Below are positions 33,445-46,149 of a stretch of 64,000 nt of DNA, one piece after another (position 1 is the stretch's first letter; each line of letters begins with the position of its first letter). The stretch is from Psammoneis japonica. Its lineage: Eukaryota. Location: NCBI GenBank assembly GCA_008632985.1, contig QPGO01000064.1:310001-374000 (forward strand), read 5' to 3'. The position numbers and the translations under genes are program-made. The notes below the pieces were generated by a model. The model saw nothing but the letters and a program-made list of their open reading frames with translations. It was not told where the DNA came from and did not search any database.

Positions 33445-36400
33445 TCATTGGATTTCGAAGAGCAGGTCATCCGCCTCCACTTTGTCGCCAACATTGACGA
33501 GTACCCTTTTGATGGTTCCAGATACTGACGCAGGAATTACAGTTTCCATTTTCATTGCAGAAAGGGTCGCCAACGCCTCACCCTCCTTCACCTTGTCTCC
33601 TTCCTTTAAGTTGGTGGCCACAATAACGCCCGGCATTGGCGAACCGACCGTTCCTGGAGCACCTGCCTTCTCTCGCTTAGCACCGACTAATTCAATAGAC
33701 GCATCAGTGACGGGCATCACGTATGATTCACCATTCACCTCGAAGTTCACAATTCGAGTACCGTCCTCTCGAACATCCTGAATGGAAACCATCTTCACAA
33801 GGAAACTCTTGCCCTTGCCCAAATCAATCTCTACTTCGTCTCCCGGTTTCATGGGTTGCAAGAATCGGTCGGTGGAGAGCGCACCAACGTCCCCAAAAAC
33901 ACTGGCGAACTCTTGGTACTCGATAAAGACCTGCGGATAGAGAGCGTAAGAGAGAAGCTCCTTGTCATCATCAACTGAAGGCCCATACTTATTCACCAAC
34001 TCAGTTCGCTCTGCCTCGAAGTCATAGTCTGAAAGAGATTTTCCTGGTCGACCTTCGACGGGTTCAAGACCCCGAGCCTCCAAGACAGTAGTTCGAAGAG
34101 GCTCCGGGAAACCACCAGGTGGAATGCCAATGTCCCCACGTAAGTAATTGACGACAGAGTCGGGAAACGCCAGCTTGTCAGCTTGGTCCGCGACGTCCTG
34201 GGCACTAAGATTCTGCGCCACCATAAATTGAGCTAAATCGCCAACTACCTTGGAAGACGGGGTCACTTTCGGAATGTCTCCTAGAATGAGGTTTGCTTCA
34301 GCGTATTTACGCTTAATCTCTGGCCACTTATCTGTCAAACCAAGCTGCTGAGACTGGAACAGTAAATTGGTGTACTGACCACCCGGAATCTCGTGCTGAT
34401 AAACATCAGAAGAGCCGGAGAGCTGACCCGACTCAAACGGAGCATAGAGGGATCGAACATTCTCCCAATACTTTTGTACAAATGAGAACGAGACCAAGCG
34501 TAAGTATCACGAAGCTTTTGGTTGAACATAATATGCATGCGATGCGTACCGTGTTTAAAGGGTTGAGCTCGTCTAGGTCTAGTCCTGTATCCAGGTCACT
34601 GTTTTTCACATTCGCGACAATGGCTCCAAGGGAAGGCTGCGATGTCATCCCAGACATTGCATCGATTGCACCATCAACAATATCTGCGCCAGCTTCAGCA
34701 GCTGCCAACATGGATGCAACTCCAGATCCAGCAGTGTCGTGTGTATGCACATGAAGGGGCATATCAGGGAGTTCCTCCCTCAAGGCGGCGACCAACATCG
34801 AGGTAGCTTTGGGCGTCAACAAACCTGCCATGTCTTTAATGTCAAGAGAATGCACTCCCATATCCGCAAGATCCCGAGCGAGGTCCAGGTAGTAGTCGAG
34901 CGTATACTTGCCCTTTTTCGGATCGGCCACGTCGCCAGTGTAAGACATGGCACCCTCGACAAAAGCACCTGCTTCACCCGCCGCATCCACTCCCAGCTGT
35001 AAATTTGCCCTGTAGTTCAACGAGTCAAACACACGAAAGACATCAATGCCACTTTCATGAGCTTGCTTGCAAAACTTGTAAACGACGTTGTCGGGATAAT
35101 TCTGATATCCGACAGCGTTGGCTCCACGCAACAACATTTGAAAAGGGACGTCAGGCACGGCTTCTCGCAACTTTTCGAGGCGTGTCCATGGGTTCTCGTG
35201 GAGGAATCGCAAGGCGACATCAAAAGTCGCACCACCCCACATCTCCAACGAGAATGCGTTTGACATAGCCATGTTTGTATATTCCGCGCACTTTAACAAA
35301 TCCTGGGTCCGCATTCGCGTTGCCAAGAGCGACTGATGAGCATCTCTCCAGGTAGTATCCGTGACAAGTAAGCCCTTGTGCTCGCGGACAGCTTTTGCAT
35401 AGCCCTCGGGTCCCTTTTCTAAAAGAATGTGACGCATTCCCTTCTTTTCTCCGTCCACTTTCGCTGATTTTGTCTCAAAGTTGGGCATGACGGGCGGCGA
35501 TACCCCCATTGCCTGTGGCTTCATTTTCGTCATATCTGCTCCCAACTCTGGTGGGTGTCCATTCACCGCCAGATTAGCCAGATACCGAACAATCTTTTCC
35601 TTCTCGTAAAGTTTTGTTGGGTCTGCTTGGGCCTCGTTGGCAAAGTCCCATTTGCTCTTCGATGTCTGCTTTAGCTGCGGATTCTCGTCGATAAAACTGG
35701 TGGTCACTTCTCCTTTTTCAAACTCGGGATGCGACAAAACGTTGAGCAAGAAAGGGATATTGGTCTTGACACCACGGATACGGCATTCCTGCAACACCCG
35801 CTTCATTCGTTCCACGGTTTCTGGAAAGGTAGAACCGCGGGCGGTATACTTTACAATCATTGAATCAAAGTAGGGTGTAATGGCCAAACCAGTGTATCCG
35901 ATACCATCTACACGGACACCGTATCCGGCGGAGTGGCGATAGAGACTAATCGTGCCAGTGTCTGGGGCAAAGTCGCGTTCCGGATTCTCCGTCGTGACAC
36001 GACACTGAATGGCCACGCCGCTAAGAACAAAAACAACGATTAGGTCGAATCGAGTTTAACAACCACAATCACACGCTTATACTACATACCGTGGGACAAT
36101 GCTCTCTTGTGTCAGCCCAATGTCTTCGAGGGTTGCTCCTGCTGCAATTCGAAGCTGAGTTTGCACCAGGTCGACCCCCGCTACCTCCTCGGTAACGGTA
36201 TGCTCAACTTGAATTCTGGGGTTAACCTCAATAAAGTAGGGACGCAGCTCTGAATCGACCAAAAACTCTACCGTTCCCGCATTCTTGTACTTGGCAGCCG
36301 ATGTCAATTTCTTGGCGTAATCATGCAAGTCTCTTCTCAAGTCATCCGGTAGCGTAAATGCCGGAGCCATTTCAATCACCTTTTGGTGTCGCCGTTGGAC

Positions 36401-37515
36401 ACTACAATCGCGTTCCCACAAGTGCACAACATTGCCGGTTCCATCACCGATAATTTGAACTTCGATATGACGAGGTCGGTCGACAAAGCGTTCCACGAAA
36501 ACAGATCCATCACCAAAACTGGCAAGGGCTTCTGACGATGCCGCCTCGAAAAAGGGAACCAAGTCCTCCATGTTGCGTACGACACGCATGCCCTTTCCAC
36601 CTCCTCCCATGGATGCCTAAAGTCATAGTTTGGTAAATCCAACAGAAACAACAACATCAGTATTACAAAAGCATACCCCGACGACGTCGATTTGGTTGGA
36701 AACAGGTATCGAATTGCAACAGAAAGCAAGATAGCAGCAAAGCATACCGGCACGACACGGATAGATTAGAAAGATAATTGCAAAAACTAACAACAATAAT
36801 AGAAAAAAGCACACAAAAAAACATACCTTGATAATGACGGGGAGTCCAATTTCCTCAACAAAGGCAGTCACTTCTTCGGCGGTATTCATGGCACCATCCG
36901 ATCCAGGAACTACTGGAACACCCGCAGCAATGGCCGCCGCTCTTGCTGACGTTTTATCTGAGAAAGTATTCAGGTTCTCCACCGTGGGTCCAACAAACGT
37001 AATGCCAGCTTCTTCACACGCAGTTGCAAATTCAGGAGACTCGCTGAGAAATCCGTACCCGGGGTGGATTGCGTCAACGTTGTTTTCTGTGGCAATTTTA
37101 CAATTTGCTCAATATCCAGATACGCTGAAATGGGAGTTGCGTCGTCCGCCTTTTCGAGAAGAAAACTTCGATCGGCACCCCAGCGATGCTGAGAGTATCG
37201 ATCTTCGTGTGTATAAATAGCAACGGTTCCAGAATTGAGTTCTGTCGCGGCTCGCATGATTCGTACGGCAATTTCGGCACGGTTGGCCGCCATAATGTTG
37301 CTAAACGGAGGAACATCGCAAGAGAGCTTGATAGGCTTGACAATCTCCTCCGTTTTTTCGTCTTGCGTCTTGTCCACAGAAGCAACATTCAAACGAGTCG
37401 TTGTCGTAGTATGTGAAGCACTTCTTCGGTGCTGTTGACCGACAAACGCCAATGGCCTGAGCGCATCCGAAACTGCAAGACAGAGGACCAACGGTGCCCA
37501 TCTCGAGAAAGCCAT
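33445..37515 (-). CDS. PYC: Pyruvate carboxylase (probably the plastid isoform), multi-exon
   Basis: Biotin carboxylase motifs ANRAEIAVR, IHPGYGFLSE, GGGGKGMR, ERDCSVQRRHQK and EVNPRIQVEH; carboxyltransferase DTTWRDAHQSL, EMWGGATFDV and HVHTHD; biotin acceptor SAMKME; N-terminal signal peptide; three introns; frameshift at ~37100. Confidence 0.97.
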
Positions 37516-38138
37516 TTTTGGAGAAACAACCCACACCAACTTATGAAACAACAAAGAGGATATCTTTTTGAGTGGCTCCGAGAAGTTGATGGCCAATGTC
37601 AAGCGACCGGGTGTCACGCAATTTCGTTCTGTCTTTGTTGAAGTGCCAATGAGGTGGCGGCAAGAATCCGCCGACATGCATACATTCAATCAAAAAATGA
37701 GGGTGACGTCATGAGTCGTATGGAAGAAGATTCAATAGAACCCGGAAATTGAAGAAACTGCCGTTGAAATTAAAATACAACTATTCGTACACGAAGACTG
37801 AATTGAAAATTCTAAAATTTCATGGCATTGCCATCTGTTTGGTCGTCGTTCGCCGCGGTGCGCGCTGTGCACACCACGGCTGTCGTCGCGTCGTCGCAGC
37901 TATCATCTTTCGTCTGTTATTGCTGTTGCTGCTGTTGTTTTTGTTACTTCTGCGCTTCCACTCTCCTTCTCAACAGCAACCTCCATCGATCCTATCCATA
38001 TTTCTCTGTCGGCGTAATAAGCTCCGAAATACCCTCATTGTCAGTGAGAGAGTTTACCTGATTTTCGTTGGTGAAACAAACGAGGTCAGAACGAATTGTT
38101 CATCGTTCAGAAAAGGGTAGTGGAGAGTGGAGGTAACG

Positions 38139-39909
38139 ATGAGCGCTGTTTACAATTACTTCCTTGACAAAATAGTCAGTCCGAGCAAGACTCCAGATCA
38201 ACCCGCCCAAAAAGAAGAGGAGAAAGAAGAGGAAGGTTATGGGATAAAAAATAACAAACATTCCTCTCCAACAATTCCCAACGGCAACGGTGAAACACAG
38301 GAAAAAGTACACTTTAACGATGAAACCTCTTTGCTTATTCCCAAAGGCGACACAGAAACAAAACAACAAAAGCAGTCATCTTCATCAAAAGACGTGTCTC
38401 TGACGGATTATTACTATCCTGATACGAATCCCACGATTCAACGCTATTACCGATTTACCACAACTCCAACAACACCCTTTTGTGCTCTTCATAAACGCCC
38501 CACGGTTCTGAATGAAGCAAATAGCAGTGGTGTTACCGGTCTATTGAGACGATCCGCAGTATTACCCTCTCATGGGACGGATTCATCTGGTAATTGGATT
38601 CTAGTATCAGTCGGTGGACGCAGCGGTTGGGCCAAGAAAAAGTCACTCAATCAAGTAGGCGGCTTCTTTTCTCCCATTAAAAAGTTTCGAGCCATGGACG
38701 CGTGGATGGGCAATCATGTCTTTTTACTCAAAGGAAAGATAATGCTGGGAAGTGACGCTCCACTCTTTGTATTTACAAACGTCATGCTGTTTGTGGGGTT
38801 GGCCATCTTTTTTGCGCTCGTCCTTCCCAAGCTACGACAATTGGAAAAGAAACAGGACAATGACTACCATTTGGCGTCCTTGACGCTTTGGTTGAGTATC
38901 GTATTGAGCATCCTTGCCATAGTCTCATTATGGGCGAGTGCCACCATGGATCCAGGAATCATACCATCCACGTCGTCGCCCATTAAACCATCTCTTCCAA
39001 ACGACGGAACGCCCATGGGCGGGCCCTTGGGATACAGATATTGTTCCACGTGCAACATTTACAGACCGCCAAGATCCAAGCATTGCAACTCATGCAATGT
39101 CTGTGTTTCCAAATTTGATCAGTACGTATATCTTATCGTTGGAGTCTGACTTTTGCAAATGATGATATCGCTTCGCATTTCACTCAATCGTTTTCTCTTT
39201 TTCTTACAGTCACTGTCCTTGGGTTGGCAACTGTATCGGAGAACGCAATCACCGATTCTTTTTTCTCTTTTTAATGTCCATCTCGGGACTGACCATTCTG
39301 GTCACGGCTTCGTGTGTTCGGATATTGTTGGATGCTGTCGAACAACAAATGGCAGAAAGCGACGGAGGGATTGGACCTGTCCTGAATACTACCACCTCGG
39401 ACGGTATCTTGTCGGGGCCATCTACGTTTGCTCATCAATTCTGGCATATTGTATTGTCCATGCCACTTGTGGTGTTGTTGGGGACCTTTTGTTTGCTGTG
39501 TGCTTGGTCGCTCACTTCTTTAATGTGCTTTCACGCCATGATTATCACCCTGGCGCAAACCACCAATGAACGTGTCCGCGGTGTCTACCGGCCCCGCTAC
39601 AATAACAACACGGGCGATAGCGAACCAGTTGTCATCAATACAGCCAACAGGGGCTGCTGTAGAAACTGGTGCTCGGCACTGTGCAGTTCAAGACCTCCGT
39701 CAAAATTACCGAGAGACTTTTCACAAACAGTCGTTTGTCTGGACATTCCCGAAACCGAATGGAGACCACCCAACTCTACCATTTCACGTTCAAACAGTTT
39801 GACCTCCTTGTCGGAAGGCGACAAAAATGTCGGACCAGGATCCTCGGCACCGTGCACATCCAATGACAAGTCGGGTGCATTGGAAAAAACGCATGGAGCA
39901 AAGGTGTAG
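38139..39909 (+). CDS. DHHC-type protein S-palmitoyltransferase
   Basis: Intron 39122-39209 splices to [45 protein letters not shown]; DPGII and QTTNE motifs; four TM helices. Confidence 0.95.
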
Positions 39910-40010
39910 GGGGGCGCTGTGTCTGTGTAGGCTATAGACTATTGTGAGCGACTCTGTGCATTTTAAAAGTAAGAATAGATAGCATGCTTGGTATTAAAGT
40001 AGGGCACCAC

Positions 40011-41352
40011 CTAGTGTTTTGATGGCAGTTCTTTCGGAGTATCTGGATCCATGTTCCATTCTTGATAGCTTCCATCATACATTACCGTTTTCGTTTCATC
40101 ACCATGAAGCCGTCCACATTCCTCTAACGCCAGCAAAAGGTGGCAAACACTAACGCCACTTCCACAAGAGCATACTATTTGTTTCTTGGTAGCAATGTCA
40201 ACCTCAGCCCCGTTAAAAATATCCAAAAGCTCTTGTGTTGGTTTCAGTTTCAACCAATTATCTGGTTCCACAAGGGAGCTGTATGGAACATGAATCGCGC
40301 CAGGCAAATGCCCCTTGGCAAAGGAAGATCCGCGTGGATCCAAAATGAGTGATTCCTTGTCATCTGCAATTTGCAGCATCTCCGTCATGTCAACGACTTG
40401 AACGGGATCTCGTGCTTGATAGGATGGAATGGAGTCACCAAACAGCTCCAAGTCTCTTGCGCTCATGGCGGTTGTTGATTCCGTCTCGTGTGGTCCACCC
40501 GCCTCGATCCACTCCTCCAAACTACCCTGCATTAAATGAACCTTGGATGCATCGTGACCCATGGACCGGAATAAAAACCACGTTCGTGGAGTAAAAATTG
40601 TCCCCTCCTTGCCGTAAATGACAATCTGTGTGGTTCGTGCACGCCAGGGAAGAGCTTACTTCAGGTGAGCACGGGGAAGACGAGGTAATTTTTGTTACTA
40701 TAGGAGGAACAACTTACATGATCGGAATTGGTAATTCCAAGCTCATCCATTGCCAAAGCAAAGAGCCTCTAGAGGGAAAAAAAAGAGAAACAATAACCAG
40801 TGAGTCCCTCGTCTTCCAGCCGACAAGAAGGCCCTACGAAGAGTTCGGCTCACCTGTGGAGGCATCATTGTTCGCAATCCCTTTGGGTTCAGTTCAGGAT
40901 ACAGCTCCTTAGACGTTGCTATATCGTCCATGTCAATGTATCGAGCGCCTTCAATTCGTGGTCCCTCTTCATATCTAGTTCAAGCAAGTGAAAAACAATG
41001 TGAGAAAACTACTCCAAACAACTAGACTGCAATCCGTACCGCCACAAATCACTTCTTACTCTGATCTTCCATTTCTTCCTCCCTTGTGATACCATGACGC
41101 ATCGACAAACACAACATTTTGTTCTTCTTCCGTCGCTGCTACTTGATACGCATCAAGACAATCTTCTACAGACACCAGATTCTTGTGCGTCAGCATGGGA
41201 AACGCGTCGCTCGACATTTTCAATGAGCTCTGCTTCCTTATGGTAGCTGAAAATCGATGAAGTTTTACCAAGGAGGAGAACATGGACGCTCTTTGAGGCA
41301 TACATATTAGGGATAAGAGCAACATCGTGGTCGCGAAAGAGCTGTTTCTCAT
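40011..41352 (-). CDS. 3-mercaptopyruvate/thiosulfate sulfurtransferase (double rhodanese), multi-exon
   Basis: VFVDASWY, ARYIDMDDIA..L..MMP, GSLEEW, GHLPGAIHVPY, active-site loop CGSGVS and YDGSYQEW. Confidence 0.9.
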
Positions 41353-41475
41353 TGTCTACCGGTATCGCCTATTTTGGCCGCAGTATGCTGATACCGTATG
41401 ATATGATATGATCTATCTGCCGTTATCGTCGCACCGTCGTCAGTCGTCAAGCACGCGTCGGATCGGGATCAAAGC

Positions 41476-41835
41476 AGATTCCTTTTTACCATGACTGGAG
41501 TGCTTCGAGAAGCAAATCAAGATTCCTTTTTTCATGACTTGAGGGTTTCGAAAGGAGTCGTTTTTACATTTGAGATTCCTTTTTGTGAGAAGACGAGTCT
41601 GTTTGTTTTTAGTTGAGATTCCTTTTTTACGCATATTCTACGTTGATGATATACTGCAATGCAAAAAAGTAGGAACTCCTCGTAAATTTTGTCTCGATCG
41701 CGTAGCACCGAAGGAATCCAATCTACGCGGGTGGTCCTCCGCGTGCGCGGATAGGAATCTGATTTACGCTGATGCCCCCCTTGTTTACGCGGGTGGGAAT
41801 CTGATTTACGCGGATGCCCCCCTCATTTGCGCGGT
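41476..41835. repeat. Cluster of short repeats: four AGATTCCTTTTT copies followed by a ~21-bp-period minisatellite containing the inverse motif GGAATCT
   Basis: AGATTCC at 41476, 41520, 41573 and 41616; CGC[G/T]G units at 41726, 41746, 41767, 41788, 41809 and 41830. Confidence 0.7.
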
Positions 41836-42429
41836 AAGATAAGCTGATGATTGTCTCTCTACCGTAGCTACACAAGCCGTGCAGCTCTCGTGTCTACCTA
41901 CCCTTTGCGCGGTTGTCGTTGTTTCTTAAACGTTGATCTGGTCTCAAAGCACCATAGGCCCTAGGTCCTTTCTTATAGTAACGGCCGTTTCGGTCAGGTC
42001 GATTTTTGGGTTTTGGCATTTTGGTGCCCCGTGCGGTGAATTCTGTTTTTACGATTGACAGCAACACGAGACAACTCAGACTTACGTTGAGTCTCTTGTC
42101 TCATCTACGAATCTTTGTCATGCACATCTTCTCTTCAAGATGACCTTTTTGAGTTGATTTGCGTGCATACCACGACTGACCAGACAATACCACGACTGAT
42201 GTCGAGACGATACCACGATGACGATAGCCCGACAAAATCAGACACCGTCACCGTGGTTGTTGTGCGTAAAAGAAGGATCCTTGCATTAGTATTTGGTCGC
42301 TTCAACATCGTATATGGTTGAGGTACTGTAGAGGTTGGGATGTACATTATATATGAGCTTACTACGGTATACAAAGCACTGCGGAATAAAGTCACCGGGG
42401 AAAACGCCGCCATTTATTGGACGAAATGG

Positions 42430-43358
42430 CAGAAGCGAGGAGTTACTGTCTTGTGGGCGGCGTCAATCAGTGGGTTCTTATTCGAGGTGTAAACATTCAT
42501 CAGAATCCTCTACTCGTGATGCTGCATGGTGAACCTGGTATTTCTGAAACATCCTTTTGACGCTATTACAATTCAGAATCTCTCGAACAGCACTTTACAG
42601 TCGTATGTTGGGACCAACGCGCAAGTGAAAGTCTTACGACCCAAGAATATCCCAAGAAACAATGAATGTGGAACAGTTCTTGTCTGACTTGGATGAACTC
42701 ATCGATATTGCTTGTAGGCGATGCAACAAGAAGGACGTTGTTCTTTTTGGGCATTCATGGGGATCGGTACTTGGTCCGTTGTACGCCAGCAAACATCCAA
42801 ACAAGGTAGCCGTGTACGTTGGCAGTGGACAAATTGGCAACTGGGCGGCATCGGAGGAATACACGTATGGCTATGTTTTGCAACTGGCTCGACACACGAA
42901 AAAAAATCCCCGAGCCATCCAGCAACTCGAAAAGATCGGACCACCTCCTCATCATGTGGATGGGTTGTGCACCCAACGAGATTGGCTCTCGAGGTTGGAT
43001 GATGGTATCAGTTTCAAGGATGTCTTGTGTGGCTCTATCATACAGTACCAGAAGCAACAATACGGGATTTCTTTTGCTTTTGGAAAATTCTGCGCTTCTC
43101 GATTGACACCATGTGGTCGGACGTGACTCGTCTCGATCTAAATGTCAAATGCCCAAAACTCAACATGCCGTGCTTTTTTTGGGCAAAGAAGATCACTGCG
43201 TACCACCTGAAAATAGTGTCGAGTATATTAACAATCTCAAGGCACCTTTTAAGCAGATTGTTTGGTTTGACGAGTCGAAACACATTCCATCAATGGATGA
43301 ACCTGAGAAATTCAATAGACTCATGGTTGAGCTGGTCAACCAGCTTATGATGATGTAA
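42430..43358 (+). pseudogene. Disrupted alpha/beta hydrolase (proline iminopeptidase-like), intronless
   Basis: GGVNQWVLIRG..NPLLVMLHGEPG, FTVVCWDQR, nucleophile elbow LFGHSWGS, FLGKEDHCVP, WFDESKHIPSMDEPEKF; in-frame TGA at ~42558 and several frameshifts. Confidence 0.6.
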
Positions 43359-43832
43359 CGAGGGAAAAGGAACAGTCATCGAGAACAGGAAAGTAGAATT
43401 CATTCCGATGTCTGCAATTGTGATTGACTCAGCCCGTACTCAATATTGGGCGATACCATTGTGTATTATGGCGGTGTCGATTTGGCAGTTTCCCACAATA
43501 CCGGCAGGAGCGTTGTAGACGATCGTGGCGGAATCACTCGCTCGCACTGTACAGAAAAATCGATGCGGTGATTTTCAGCTATCTTACTCTCTAGTAGAGC
43601 TCTCTAGGATGGCGAGCAAGTCGGATGTTGCTCTCATTCAGGACGTTTGTGTCTGCAAAGCTCGTTTATCTTATATAATAATGCTACATAGACTTCCTAT
43701 TCCGTTCTCGTGATCATATTCCTATTTATCGTCCTTCTGTTCTGACCCCCTCGAGTGATACATGAATGGTCACCACGCTCCCTTTTCGAACAAAAGCAAT
43801 AATTATGACTCTCCCCATCCTTCCGATCGTAC

Positions 43833-45824
43833 CTATTGTTTCCCTCCCATCTTTTTCTCCCCTTTATAGTTAACATGTCTCTTGACTTTTCCAAAAGACA
43901 CTTGATTCACTTGCTGCGCAAACCGTAGGGAACAGAGACTCTCCCCTCCGCTCTGCGCGGTCGGGCTCAAATTCACAAGCATGAGTGCCTTCCCGTCACC
44001 ACTCAAGCAGTCCTGAAGAAGAAACGTCAACTTCGAGTTTCGATATGGGACATGCGGAGCCGTATTGGCAAGGCGTTGAAGACAGCTCCTAGCGAACTTA
44101 GACTCTTGTTGATGGACTGGGTTTCTCGAAGACGAGTTTTGTCCGATCCTGTACCAGATCGATGTAACCGTTCGCTACCGGCAAGATCGCACAAATTCAA
44201 GCTGCCCTTTAGTACTGCCCCGGTGTCTTTGTTTATGCCTTCCAAGTCAAGTATGAACACAGCATGACTACGGGAGCTATGTGTGCTCAAATTGGTCTCT
44301 GCAACAGACCGAGAAAGCGTGGCCTTGCTCATCAATGCATTAAACTGTCCCATACCATTGTCTGGGTTTTTGGCATCGATCTCAATCTGGGTGAGATTTT
44401 CAACATAGCATCTCCCCTCCTCATTTTGCTTAACAGCAAGCGTTTCGTCTGCTTTAGAGTTCTGCCTCTTAGCAAGAAGATCAACTAGCTTTTCATTGTA
44501 GATCTCTAGGAAACTCGCCTTCATTTTGTACTCAAACTTGTCACTTTCTAAAGATTTGGCTTGCGACAAAATCTCCTCCATTGCCCGAGGAATAATGCCA
44601 CGTTGTGAACCCTCACCAGCCCCTTGCATGGTGTAGGTTTTACCAGAGCCGGTTTGCCCATAGGTAAAGAGACAAACGTTGTATCCGTCAAGGGCACTCT
44701 GCACAAAATCCGAGACTTCTTCGAAAACACCTTCTTGGTCCGTCGAAGACGAAAAGACACGATCAAAACGAAAGTCGTGCTTCCTCCTTGATTTTCTGTC
44801 AAAGAAAGGAAGGTTCTCATGATTCTGAGACTCCGTAATTGGAGAGATTTCGCTCGTTTGTATGCCGTCGATTGGAAGGAATGGCCGAGTACGAAAATAC
44901 ACGAATATTGCCTCTGAGGTCCTGAAGGTGGTTGTGAAGCTTTCGCCGAAGTTGTTCACCCTTGTACACCTTCGCAAACAGTGCTTCTATCTTTTTCTCT
45001 TGCTCCTCCCTAATGCTTGTCAGCGTTTCATGCTTGTGCTCTAATTCGTTCAGTTGTTGACTGAGGTTAGTCTCCATTGTGAGTTTTTCGTGTTTCATCT
45101 CTACAACTTGAAGGTTGTGAGTCGTCTCCAATTTTTCAATCCTTAGCTTGTACTGCTCGTCGAGATCCGTCATTTGCCTTTTGAATACCTTCATCTGTTC
45201 TTTCCTTTGGTTTTCTATCTCTTTGATTGCGATTCTTTTCTCAGATATTGTTTTGTTGAGAAGTTCGTCGTCCCTGACAACGTAAGCCTTGCAATTGGTA
45301 CAGTACCAATTTTCCGTCTTCTGGACTAGTTGCTTGCACTCGTCATCTTTTTTGGTTTGATGTCCTCCTTCGGACGAGCTTCGCATGTACGTGTTAAGGA
45401 ACTCTTGTAGGGGTAGCGTGATCGAACACATAGAGTCCTCCGACACCTCGTTGGGGTTGTAATTACGAAGCAGAGAACCTGAGCAAACCGGACAATTCTT
45501 CTGAGCTTGTTGGTGCATCGTGTCGGGTGACTTCTCGTCAGACATAGCTTCTTCTAATAGATTGAGCGATGCAAGATCCTCGACCATACGTTCCTCCTTG
45601 TTGTCGCGAGTAAGATTGGGCGAGTCGTCTTGCCTCGATGCAATACGTGGTCCCTTCATTTTATCTTCGTCGTCGGTGCAGCCCTCACTCGCAGCCTTCT
45701 CCTTGCGAAGTTCCGCAACGCGACCCTTGATTCTTTCAAGGCTTTCCTGAATGTCCTCATTCTTTGTCGTGTTGGGCTGCATTGGCGATTTCTGACTGCC
45801 GGTCTCCTTGAAATGCCTAGTCAT
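43833..45824 (-). CDS. Kinesin-14 (C-terminal motor, KAR3/KIFC-like); frameshifts
   Basis: Neck [88 protein letters not shown] and ESLCSLRFA. Confidence 0.92.
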
Positions 45825-46149
45825 CGTTTTGTTAGCAGAAGTATTACCGTCGATGCACCCACGCTGATAAAACAATACCGTATGGCTACCTTTTATCAAA
45901 AAAGTGCTGTTTCATATGTAGCAATGCGTACGTAAAGAAGCGAGTATTGGCGATAAAAGGTGGCGATTTTGTGAGCCGCTTCATTTTTATGTACAATTTT
46001 AAAAATGTATAAAGAATAATGTTGAACGGATATGAATGTCTTAATGAATGAATACACCATACTGTCACATAATCATTGGGATACGGCACGTACCGGTACA
46101 AAACCGTAACGTGCTGGCACCGCGGCAGTGAAGAATCCCGATGTGCATT

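Noticed and set aside
41720..41835. Possible CRISPR array
   Set aside because: Adjacent ~21-bp units without unique spacers, no cas genes, eukaryotic context.
8526..45824. Frameshifts in many conserved genes (sigma, methyltransferase, YgfZ, AK-HSDH, PYC, kinesin) suggesting programmed frameshifting or mass pseudogenisation
   Set aside because: The cases inspected are 1-nt deletions in short homopolymers (GTAAAA[A]TT in PYC, GCT[T]TG in AK-HSDH, GGC[C]AG in YgfZ) in otherwise intact core genes, typical of unpolished long-read assembly. Short reads would settle it.
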